DNA of 64,000 nucleotides, from positions 4,114 to 68,113 of the forward strand of contig JAGWOC010000005.1 in the NCBI GenBank assembly GCA_028872875.1, given 5' to 3'. The notes under the pieces are model-generated. The model saw nothing but the letters and a program-made list of their open reading frames with translations, had not been told where the DNA came from and ran no database searches. Within the stretch, counting starts at the first letter, position 1, and every line of letters starts with the position of its first letter. Shown here in pieces: positions 56,743 to 64,000 of the stretch. The translations under genes were made by a program, and so were the position numbers. Origin of the DNA: Chloroflexota bacterium (GTDB lineage Bacteria; Chloroflexota; Dehalococcoidia; DSTF01; JACRBR01).

Positions 56743-59526
56743 TCACGGCGCCTTCTCGACCTCCACACGCGTGTCGCGGTCGTTGTGGCCGGGCTGCAGG
56801 ATCGCTGGCGCCGGCTGGATGTGGAAGTAGCCGCCCGCGAGCTCGACGGGGTTCATCGGCGTCGCGATCACGTTGCGGTGTCCGATGCCGCCTTCGAACT
56901 GGTAGTTCTCCCACGCGTGGTAGACGATCACCTGCCCGGGCCGCACGGACGCCGCGACCTTGGCGCGGATCAGGAACGAGCCGATGTCGTTCTTCACGCG
57001 CACGCGGTCACCGTTGGCGATCCCGCGCTCGCGGGCATCGGCCTTCGAGATGAAGATGGCGGGCTCGCCCCGCTCGAGCTGGAGCATGAGCGGGTTCGTG
57101 CGGAAGGACGCGTGGATGCTGTGGCGGTTGTGGCCGCCGGTCATCACCAGCGGGTAGTCGCCCCCCGACATGACCGGCTCCTTGTGTACCGGCAGCTCCT
57201 CGCCCAGCTCCAGGTAGAGCGGCTGGTCGATGTAGAACTGGATGCGCCGCGTCAGCGTCGGCCAGGGCATCTTCTTCTCGGTGCGCCAGGTGTGGGGCGT
57301 GAACGTCTCGCCCTCACGCAGGTCGCTCGCGTTGCTCCTGTTGCCGGGGTGCGACCCGAGGCTGGTGAAGCGCCGGAAGCCCTTCTTCTTGAACTCCGCC
57401 CACCGCGGCGTCCCGAGGTGCGTCGATGCGTTGACGACCGCCTCGGCGACCTTCTCGTGGTCGCGGGCCGTGAACGCGCCGCGGAACGTCATCCGGTGCA
57501 CCAGGCCGCCGAGGCGGCGGCGCCTGCCCCCGGCGGCGTACGACGTCAGCCCGCGCGCCCGCGCCCGCTCCTCCACCTTCTCCGCGAGCAGCACCATGAT
57601 CTCCCACTCCGGCTTCGCCTCGCCCGGCGGCTGGACGGCGGCGGTGGTGACGTGCGCGAACGGGGCGAGCGGCGTGTACCAGTCGTTCACGTCCGTCTTC
57701 TCGTACGACGCGGCCGCAGGCAAGACGTAGTCGGCGTTCAGCGCCGTGGTGCTCATGCGGATGTCGGTGGCGACGAGCAGGTCGAGCTTGGGCAGCAGCT
57801 CCTCGAAGAGCCGGTGGCCGCCGCGGACGCGCCGGAGCGGGTTGCTGCCGCAGGCGAAGAGCACCTTCGGCGGCGTCGCCGGCGCGGGCGCCTGCCAGCC
57901 GCGCCGCACGGAGTCGGCGAGGTACTCGTCGACGTCCTTCGTCAGGTACGGGTCCCACTCCCGGCTGCGGCCGCTGAACTTCCGCAGGCCGCCGTGCTGG
58001 TACCAGAACATGACCGCGCTGGCGCCACCCCAGACGCTCATCTTGCGGCCGAGCTGGAACATCGCCAGCTCGTTGGAGTACCCCTTCATCTTCATGCCGA
58101 TGAACGCCGGGATGGCGGGCGCCATCAGCCGCAGCGCATCGAGCCGTCCGAGGCCGGCCTGGTACGGCATACCGAGCGTGCCATCGACGATGAAGAAGGG
58201 GAGCGCGTCGTAGCCGGCGCCCTTCCTGCCCATCTGCCCGCAGAGCGCGAAGAGCAGGATCTGCGCGCGCATCATCAGGTCGCCGTGGTAGTACTTGGAG
58301 ATGCTGGCGCCGGCGACGCCCGACGCCGCGCGGGCGCCGGCGAACTCGCGCGCGAGGCCGCGGATCACGTCGGGATGCACGCCGCAGACCGCAGACGCCT
58401 GCTCCGGCGTGTCGTCGCGGTCGAGCCGCTCCTTCAGCACCTGGAAGACCGGCTTCACCTTCACCGGCCCGTCGCGCGTCCGCACGTCGTACGCTCCCTC
58501 GAGCGCCGGCACGGCGCCGGCGAGGCGCAGCGTCTTCTGCGACGCCTTCAACGGCCGTCCCGACGCCGTGTCATAGAAGGAGAAGGCATCGTCCCGCCCG
58601 CGCCGGCGCAGGTCGGACTCGCGCAGGAATCGGCCGGTGTCCGTGCGCACGAGGAAGGGCAGGTCGGTCTGCTCCCGCACGAAGCCCTTGTCGGCCAGCC
58701 CCTCGGCGATGATCACCTGCGCCATGGCGAGCGCGAGCGCGGCATCGGTGCCCGGGCGGACGGAGATCCAGCGGTCGGCGTGCGCGGCCGAGGCGTTGAA
58801 GTCGGGGCTGATGGCGATGACACGGGCGCCGTTGTAGCGGGCCTCGTTCAGGAAGTGGAAGTTGGGGATCTGTGTGTAGGCGGGATTGCCGCCCCAGATG
58901 AGGATCAGGTCCGAGTTGAAGTAGTCGTCCGCCGACCGGCTGGCGACCGGCACGCCGAACGTCACCGCCGCCCCCTGCTGCTCGTCGCCGACCTCGGTGT
59001 TGAGGTCGAGCACGGTGGCGCCGAGCAGGTTCGCGAAGCGGTTCATCGCGACGAACGAGGCGACCCCGGCCGCATTGCCGTCGAAGACGATCGCCTCCGG
59101 CGCATCGCGCGCGAGCGCGTCGACCATGTGGTCGGCGATGTCGCCGAGCGCCTCGTCCCAGCTCACCTGCTGCCAGCGCCCATCGCCGCGCGCGCCGGCG
59201 CGCTTGAGGGGATGCGTCAGGCGCGCCTCGTCGCGCATCGTCAGCGAGTAGCAGGCGCCCTTCTGGCAGCCGCGCGGGTTGAAGTCGGGCACCGACGGAT
59301 TGGTCTGAGGATACGTGCCGGACGCCTCCTCGAAGGCGACGGCGCCGTCCTTCACGTAGACGTTGTAGGCGCAGTTGCGCTGATACCAGCAGTTCAGCAG
59401 GTGGGTGCCCTTCGACACGCGCTGCCAGCGCCACCTTGCGCGATACGCATCGCCCGTCGATAGCGGCGCGGCCCACCTGGCAGCCGGCGCCTCGGACTCT
59501 GGACGCGGGTCGCCGTTCAACGCCAT
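56743..59526 (-). CDS. Molybdopterin oxidoreductase catalytic subunit, NarG-like (paralog 2).
   Basis: 927 aa from MALNGDP. 'THLLNCWYQRNCAYNVYVKDG' ... 'NPRGCQKGA'. Extensive collinear similarity to paralog 1 (for example 'PGTDAALALAMAQVIIAEGL'). No signal peptide. The track ORF extends to 59733. Confidence 0.9.
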   Translation of the reverse strand: MALNGDPRPESEAPAARWAAPLSTGDAYRARWRWQRVSKGTHLLNCWYQRNCAYNVYVKDGAVAFEEASGTYPQTNPSVPDFNPRGCQKGACYSLTMRDEARLTHPLKRAGARGDGRWQQVSWDEALGDIADHMVDALARDAPEAIVFDGNAAGVASFVAMNRFANLLGATVLDLNTEVGDEQQGAAVTFGVPVASRSADDYFNSDLILIWGGNPAYTQIPNFHFLNEARYNGARVIAISPDFNASAAHADRWISVRPGTDAALALAMAQVIIAEGLADKGFVREQTDLPFLVRTDTGRFLRESDLRRRGRDDAFSFYDTASGRPLKASQKTLRLAGAVPALEGAYDVRTRDGPVKVKPVFQVLKERLDRDDTPEQASAVCGVHPDVIRGLAREFAGARAASGVAGASISKYYHGDLMMRAQILLFALCGQMGRKGAGYDALPFFIVDGTLGMPYQAGLGRLDALRLMAPAIPAFIGMKMKGYSNELAMFQLGRKMSVWGGASAVMFWYQHGGLRKFSGRSREWDPYLTKDVDEYLADSVRRGWQAPAPATPPKVLFACGSNPLRRVRGGHRLFEELLPKLDLLVATDIRMSTTALNADYVLPAAASYEKTDVNDWYTPLAPFAHVTTAAVQPPGEAKPEWEIMVLLAEKVEERARARGLTSYAAGGRRRRLGGLVHRMTFRGAFTARDHEKVAEAVVNASTHLGTPRWAEFKKKGFRRFTSLGSHPGNRSNASDLREGETFTPHTWRTEKKMPWPTLTRRIQFYIDQPLYLELGEELPVHKEPVMSGGDYPLVMTGGHNRHSIHASFRTNPLMLQLERGEPAIFISKADARERGIANGDRVRVKNDIGSFLIRAKVAASVRPGQVIVYHAWENYQFEGGIGHRNVIATPMNPVELAGGYFHIQPAPAILQPGHNDRDTRVEVEKAP

Positions 59527-59757
59527 GGCCGTCGATCGGCTGGTGTGATGATGATGGCCGCCTCCTGGTGGCACGCGACTGCGGCCTGACGTCGTATGAC
59601 GAAGGCGTCGCGGCGTGCCCTCGTGCCCGGATACCGTACGGCGCCTGCCGCGCCGGGCGTAGGGCCATTGGTCATGTCGGGATCTGGCGGCGAGGCGGAA
59701 TCCGGCGTTGCGTATCGCCCGGCGGTCCGTCATGAAGCTGCGGGGCGCGCGGGGCGG

Positions 59758-61329
59758 TCAGGCGGGTGAGCGCTCCGGTGCCAGTTCGAGGGTCACGCAG
59801 GTCCCGGTGCCGGGTTCGCTGGCGATGCGGAGCTGGCCACCCACGATCTTGGCGCGCTCTTCCATGCCCATCAGCCCGAGGCCGACGCGGCCATCGCCGG
59901 CAGGCTGCTGCTGTGCGCGGTCGAAGCCCTGGCCGTCATCGACGATGCGCACAACGAATGCATCGCCGGCGGCATCCAGCGTCACGGTCGCGCTCGCAGC
60001 GCACGCGTGCCGCTCGACGTTGCGGAGGGCCTCCTGGACGACGCGAAACACCGCCACCTCCGTGTCGCCGCGCAGGCGCTGGACCTCACCATGCACCTCG
60101 AGCCGGACCGCCATGCCGGTGCGCCGCGCGGTCTCGGTGAGAAGCCAGTCGACCGCCTGGACCAGGCCGAGGTCGTCGAGCACGGACGGGCGCAGGTCGC
60201 GGCTGAAGCGACGGATGTTCTCCACGGCGGCGTCCACCATCTGTTCAAGGGCCAGCAGCCGCGCCGCGGTCGCCGCGGGCAGCCCGCGGCTGGCGCCCAA
60301 CGCGTCAACGGTGCCCTTGATCACGACGAGCGACTGCAGCGTGTCATCGTGCAATTCGCGGGCGAGTCGCTTGCGCTCCTCCTCCTGCGCGTTCGTCGCC
60401 ATGCGCAGGTAGGTCAGCAGGTTCTCCTGCGCGCGCCGCAGCTCGGCGAGCGCGCGCCGCTCCTCGTGATAGTGGTGCACGTTGTCGAGCGCCACGGCGA
60501 GCTGATGACTGACGGCGTCGAGCAGGCTCAGGTCGTCGGCCGACAGCGCGTGCGCGCGGCTCGCCATGCCCAGCGCGCCGAGGGTGGCATCCGGCGAGCG
60601 GATCGGGACGACGAGGACATCGCCGGCGCCGCCTCCAGCGCCGTTGTGGGCGTCGGGCCGCGGGCGCGCCGTCCCGTCGCCCAGCACGCGCTGCGTCAGC
60701 TCCTCGTATGCATGGGGCAGTGACTCCGCCTCCGGAGCGCGCGTCCCGCGTACGGTCAGGAGGGGAAACTCCGGGCAGCAGCCGCGGCCGAAGGCGATCC
60801 ACGCGACATCGGCCCGCTGCTGGCCGAGGATGCTGTCGAGCGTGTCGCCCACGACGCGCGCCGGGTCGAGCGAGCGGCCGATGGCGGCGGCCGTCGCGTT
60901 GAGCTGGGCGAGACGCCCGCTCACTTCCTCGGCCCGCTGCTTCGCCTGCGTCTCGCGGTCGACCCGGCGCGCGATGACGATGGCGAGCGCGATCATCGTG
61001 GCGAGCTCGAGGGTCTCGCCGGCCGCCTGGAGGCCTGAGTGCCAGAGGACGATGTTGGGCACGGCCAGCAGCGCGCTCCAGAGGGCCGTCGGGAGCGCTC
61101 CCTCGATCCCGAAGTTCAGCGCCGCGTACGTGACGGGGATCAGGTACGCGGACGCCGGCACAAAGTAGAGCGACGTCTGATGGCCCAGGAAGGAATCCGC
61201 CTCGAGCGCGGCGTGCACGGCCGTGATCGCCAGCACGAGCGCCTGGACGATCCAGAAGCGGTGGTCACGCAGACGCAGCAGGAACCGTGCCAGGAACCGC
61301 CGGAACTCGTCCGCCAACGCCGTCGTCAT
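59758..61329 (-). CDS. Membrane sensor histidine kinase, NarX/NarL-partner type (TM sensor, GAF, HisKA_3, HATPase_c).
   Basis: 523 aa. About 4 N-terminal TM helices, a GAF-like middle, H-box 'LARELHDDTLQSL', 'DDGQGF' and 'GLGLMGMEERA'. Confidence 0.9.
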   Translation of the reverse strand: MTTALADEFRRFLARFLLRLRDHRFWIVQALVLAITAVHAALEADSFLGHQTSLYFVPASAYLIPVTYAALNFGIEGALPTALWSALLAVPNIVLWHSGLQAAGETLELATMIALAIVIARRVDRETQAKQRAEEVSGRLAQLNATAAAIGRSLDPARVVGDTLDSILGQQRADVAWIAFGRGCCPEFPLLTVRGTRAPEAESLPHAYEELTQRVLGDGTARPRPDAHNGAGGGAGDVLVVPIRSPDATLGALGMASRAHALSADDLSLLDAVSHQLAVALDNVHHYHEERRALAELRRAQENLLTYLRMATNAQEEERKRLARELHDDTLQSLVVIKGTVDALGASRGLPAATAARLLALEQMVDAAVENIRRFSRDLRPSVLDDLGLVQAVDWLLTETARRTGMAVRLEVHGEVQRLRGDTEVAVFRVVQEALRNVERHACAASATVTLDAAGDAFVVRIVDDGQGFDRAQQQPAGDGRVGLGLMGMEERAKIVGGQLRIASEPGTGTCVTLELAPERSPA

Positions 61330-61341
61330 CGCGCGCGTCCT

Positions 61342-62055
61342 TCAGGGCAGATCATCGAGCAGCAGCCAGCCGTGACGGAGGCCGTACACGACCGCCTCCG
61401 TGCGCGATGCGACGCCCAGCTTGCTGAACATGCGGCTGAGGTGCGCGTGCACCGTGCGGACGCTGAGGCCGAGCTCCTGCGCGATCTCCTTGTTGCTGAT
61501 GCCCCGCGCGGCGAGCCGCAGCACGTCCATCTCGCGCTCCGACAGCACACCCCAGGGCGTCGCCGGCGCGGCGGACCCGCGGGGAACCGTGAAGCGGCGC
61601 AGGACGGCGCGGGCGATGGACGGGCTCAGGACCGGCTCGCCGTCGTGGACGCGGCGGATCGCCTGCGCGAGGTCGGCCGCCGCGATGGTCTTCAGCAGAT
61701 AACCAGCGGCGCCCGCCTCGAGCAGCGCGGCCACATAGGCCTCGTCATCGTAGACGGTGAGGGCGAGGATCGATACATCAGGCCAGCACGTCTTGATGCG
61801 TTTCGTGGCCTCGATGCCGTTCTCACCGGGCATCGACACGTCCATGAGCACGACGTCCGGGTGGAGCTTGCCGGCCAGCTCGACGGCTTCGCGGCCATCG
61901 CCCGCCTCGCCCACCACCTCGATGGATGGATCCGTGTCGGCGAGCCGCTGGCGCACGCCGGCGCGGAACAGCGGATGGTCATCGGCGATCAAGACGCGGA
62001 TGGTGTTGCTGGGTCCCTCGTCGGCGGCGCGCACGTCCATACGTTGACTATACAT
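61342..62055 (-). CDS. NarL/FixJ-family response regulator (receiver plus LuxR HTH).
   Basis: 237 aa. 'IRVLIADDHPLF', 'VVLMDVSMPGENG', and 'LSEREMDVLRLAARGISNKEIAQELGLSVRTV'. Confidence 0.9.
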   Translation of the reverse strand: MYSQRMDVRAADEGPSNTIRVLIADDHPLFRAGVRQRLADTDPSIEVVGEAGDGREAVELAGKLHPDVVLMDVSMPGENGIEATKRIKTCWPDVSILALTVYDDEAYVAALLEAGAAGYLLKTIAAADLAQAIRRVHDGEPVLSPSIARAVLRRFTVPRGSAAPATPWGVLSEREMDVLRLAARGISNKEIAQELGLSVRTVHAHLSRMFSKLGVASRTEAVVYGLRHGWLLLDDLP

Positions 62056-62245
62056 CCGGTGGGATGGGCGACAGGCGCGCGGACGCGCAGGTACTCCGCC
62101 ATTAGGTACGAATGCCTAACGTGGGCCACTGCCAGAATGCCTACGCGCATGCCGCACACCGGCCGACGGCGAGCGAGCTCGTGCGCGGTACGGTGGCGGT
62201 AGGTGCGGCCGACGGCTTGACCGGCCAGATCGCGGGAGGTTTACC

Positions 62246-63343
62246 ATGGCCCAAACAACGATGATCGGAGGTGAGCGCGTGCACGCTATCCGGAGTGCGC
62301 CACGGTGGATCGACCAGCGACTCGGGCTCGACGAGCTCAGCTACGACGTGCCGCGGCACGCCAACAACATCCTGTACGTCCTGGGCGGCATCACGCTCGT
62401 GGGCATCCTTACGCTCATCGCGTCCGGGATCTACCTGGCGCAGTACTACAACCCCGACCCGGCGTCGGCGCGCGACAGCGTCGTGTTCATCGTCAGCACG
62501 GTGAAGCTCGGCGCGTTCGTGCGCTCGTTCCACTTCTGGATGGCGAACCTGGTGATCATCACGGCCATGCTGCACCTCGTACGCGTCTTCGTGACCGGCT
62601 CGTACCGGGCGCCGCGTGAAGCGACGTGGCTGACGGGCGTCCTGCTGCTCTTCCTGCTCTTCGGCTTCGCCTTCACCGGCACCGTGCTGAAGTGGGACCA
62701 GGAAGGGTACGAGGCCCTGGGGCACAACCAGGACGTCGGCAAGCTGCTTGGCAGCACGGGCGCCTGGTTCACCTCCTCGTTCACGAGGAGCGTGCCGATC
62801 CTGACCCGCCTCTACATCGCCCACATCAGCATCCTGCCGGCGCTGCTGACGCTGGTGGTGCTGGCGCACCTGTTCCTGATCAAGCACCATGGCATCTCGG
62901 GCCTGCCGGGCCACGAGCCCGAGCGCACGGATGACACCGACACCAAGCGGGCGATCCGCGAGGAGGGCGCCTCGCCGTTCAGCGCGCACATCCGCCTGAT
63001 GGTCGGCTTCGGGCTGATGCTGACCGCGGCCGCAGCCGCGCTGACGCTGTTCATGGCCGCGCCGCTCGGCCAGGCCATCGTCCAGGGCGAGGAGGTCACC
63101 AAGCCGACCTGGATCTTCGTGGTGCTGTACCCGTTCGAGAACTGGGTCGGCGTCCGCGCGCTCCTGTGGGCGCCGATCATCGTGGCGCTCGCGCTGGCGG
63201 CGGTGCCGTTCATCGATCGCGCCCGCTCATCGGGCCTGCGGGCCCGCTGGCCGCTGTTGCTGCTCGGCCTGGTGGTCGCGCTCGCGTACACGGCGTTCAT
63301 CTTCTACGGCAAGTTCGGCCCCCACGGCCAGCACCTGATGTGA
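62246..63343 (+). CDS. Cytochrome b of the bc1/b6f complex type (quinol-oxidising, di-heme).
   Basis: 365 aa. RBS GGGAGG. Conserved heme-ligand His pairs in helices B and D ('FHFWMANLVIITAMLHLVRV', 'HISILPALLTLVVLAHLFLIKHHG') plus a PetD-like C-terminal part. Confidence 0.85.
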   Translation: MAQTTMIGGERVHAIRSAPRWIDQRLGLDELSYDVPRHANNILYVLGGITLVGILTLIASGIYLAQYYNPDPASARDSVVFIVSTVKLGAFVRSFHFWMANLVIITAMLHLVRVFVTGSYRAPREATWLTGVLLLFLLFGFAFTGTVLKWDQEGYEALGHNQDVGKLLGSTGAWFTSSFTRSVPILTRLYIAHISILPALLTLVVLAHLFLIKHHGISGLPGHEPERTDDTDTKRAIREEGASPFSAHIRLMVGFGLMLTAAAAALTLFMAAPLGQAIVQGEEVTKPTWIFVVLYPFENWVGVRALLWAPIIVALALAAVPFIDRARSSGLRARWPLLLLGLVVALAYTAFIFYGKFGPHGQHLM

Positions 63344-63349
63344 GGTGAT

Positions 63350-63592
63350 GTGATGAGACGCTTCTACGTGACGTTTCTCGTGCTGCTGTTCACCGCCAGC
63401 GTCGCGCTGACCTCGCTCGTGTCCGTTGGCGCGCGGATGCGGGCGGGCGACCTCGGGCCCGCGCCGGCTGTGATCGCGGCCGCGAGCTTTCTCGCGCTAG
63501 CGGTGGCGGGCACGCTGCTGCTGCGCATCATGTTCGTCCTGTCGCGCCCGGCGCCCGCCGGCGCCGCTTCCCGGAAAGGAGTGCAACGATGA
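63350..63592 (+). CDS. Small hydrophobic two-TM protein.
   Basis: 80 aa immediately after the cytochrome b stop: 'FYVTFLVLLFTASVALTSLVSV' and 'AVIAAASFLALAVAGTLLLRIMFVL'. Confidence 0.4.
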   Translation: MMRRFYVTFLVLLFTASVALTSLVSVGARMRAGDLGPAPAVIAAASFLALAVAGTLLLRIMFVLSRPAPAGAASRKGVQR

Positions 63593-64000
63593 AGACGGTC
63601 CTGGCTGCGATGATGGTAGTGGCGGCCGCCCTGGTGGTATCGGCCGCGGCTCTGGCGAGACCGGCGGCCGCGCATGGCGGCGCCACCGTGGCGGTGACGC
63701 CTGTCCAGGCGGCGCCCGGCGACAAGGTCCAGGTCGACCTCAAAGGCTACAGCCCGACGACGCTCGTCAGCATCACGCTGGAGGGGGTGACGGGGTCGCT
63801 CCCCCTGACGACGGTGACGACCGACGCCAATGGTGATGCGATGACGACGGCGGTCATCCCGGCGGGCGCGAACGCCGGCAGCTACAGCGTCCGGGCGGCA
63901 GGGGGCGACGACGATGCGACGACCGACTTCCGGATCAACGCCGCCGCGGCCGCATCCGGTGCAGCCGGATCGGCGATGGCGGCGCCGACGGGGAGCGGCG
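63589..64000 (+). CDS. Secreted protein (N-terminal signal peptide), 5' part only; runs off the window.
   Basis: RBS AAGGAG. 'MKTVLAAMMVVAAALVVSAAALARPAAAHGG...'. Thr/Ala/Gly-rich beta-rich region. Confidence 0.5.
   Translation, partial: MKTVLAAMMVVAAALVVSAAALARPAAAHGGATVAVTPVQAAPGDKVQVDLKGYSPTTLVSITLEGVTGSLPLTTVTTDANGDAMTTAVIPAGANAGSYSVRAAGGDDDATTDFRINAAAAASGAAGSAMAAPTGSG

Noticed and set aside
53917-59463. Long plus-strand ORFs (53917-56166 and 56341-59463) antisense to the two molybdoenzyme genes.
   Set aside because: Asp/Arg/Gly/Val-rich repetitive translation with no motifs. The minus-strand frames carry the unmistakable molybdopterin oxidoreductase signatures.

Overview
This is a high-GC (~70%) bacterial chromosome segment that is densely coded. 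Gene content (RNase Y with YmdB, luciferase-like (LLM) flavin-dependent oxidoreductases, DUF2233 proteins, a Tat-exported lipoprotein substrate-binding protein (SBP)) suggests a Chloroflexota/Thermomicrobia-like or deep-branching Gram-positive-like lineage, but that is only a guess.

Layout, left to right:
- (1) 1-9.4 kb: a complete kdp potassium-uptake locus bounded by ~118-bp direct repeats. KdpD is split: the C-terminal histidine kinase is at the operon start and the N-terminal KdpD/Usp sensor domain at the operon end. The locus also has kdpE, an extra single-domain receiver, and two tandem 27-aa hydrophobic peptides before kdpABC.
- (2) 9.4-22 kb: LysM/M23 peptidase, phosphotriesterase-family hydrolase, degenerate GGDEF mini-protein, zinc-ribbon membrane protein, PHP-ymdB-rny module, PD40 lipoprotein, recX, a secreted DUF2233 'phosphodiester glycosidase', and recA.
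- (3) 22-30 kb: tRNA-Thr x2, tuf, rpmG, secE, nusG, rplK, rplA, rplJ, rplL. A DinB-like gene and a second DUF2233 paralog sit between rplA and rplJ. A 5-copy tandem 31-bp hairpin repeat sits in the rplJ-rplL spacer.
- (4) 30-44 kb: LysM/zinc-finger membrane proteins, a peptide-type ABC importer (SBP plus two permeases, no ATPase) with an agmatinase-family ureohydrolase, DinB-like gene, alr, Slt-type lytic transglycosylase, rimI, PHB-depolymerase-family esterase, LLM oxidoreductase.
- (5) 44-52 kb: a Gly/Tyr-repeat double zinc-ribbon protein behind a strong promoter, then a glycan-modification locus (two paralogous multi-pass GT87/DUF2029-like proteins flanking a GT2 glycosyltransferase, a methyltransferase and a small secreted protein).
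- (6) 52-64 kb: a second LLM oxidoreductase; an atypical tRNA; two tandem paralogous cytoplasmic NarG-like (type II DMSO-reductase-family) molybdoenzyme catalytic subunits with no beta/gamma/chaperone genes, co-oriented with a GAF-containing NarL-type two-component system; and a divergent bc-type cytochrome b.

The most unusual items are the orphan tandem NarG-like molybdoenzymes with their dedicated two-component system, the repeat-bounded split-kdpD island, the disrupted rplKAJL cluster, and the paired GT87-like glycan locus.

Many long ORFs in the six-frame track are antisense or alternate-frame artefacts of the high GC content and were not called.
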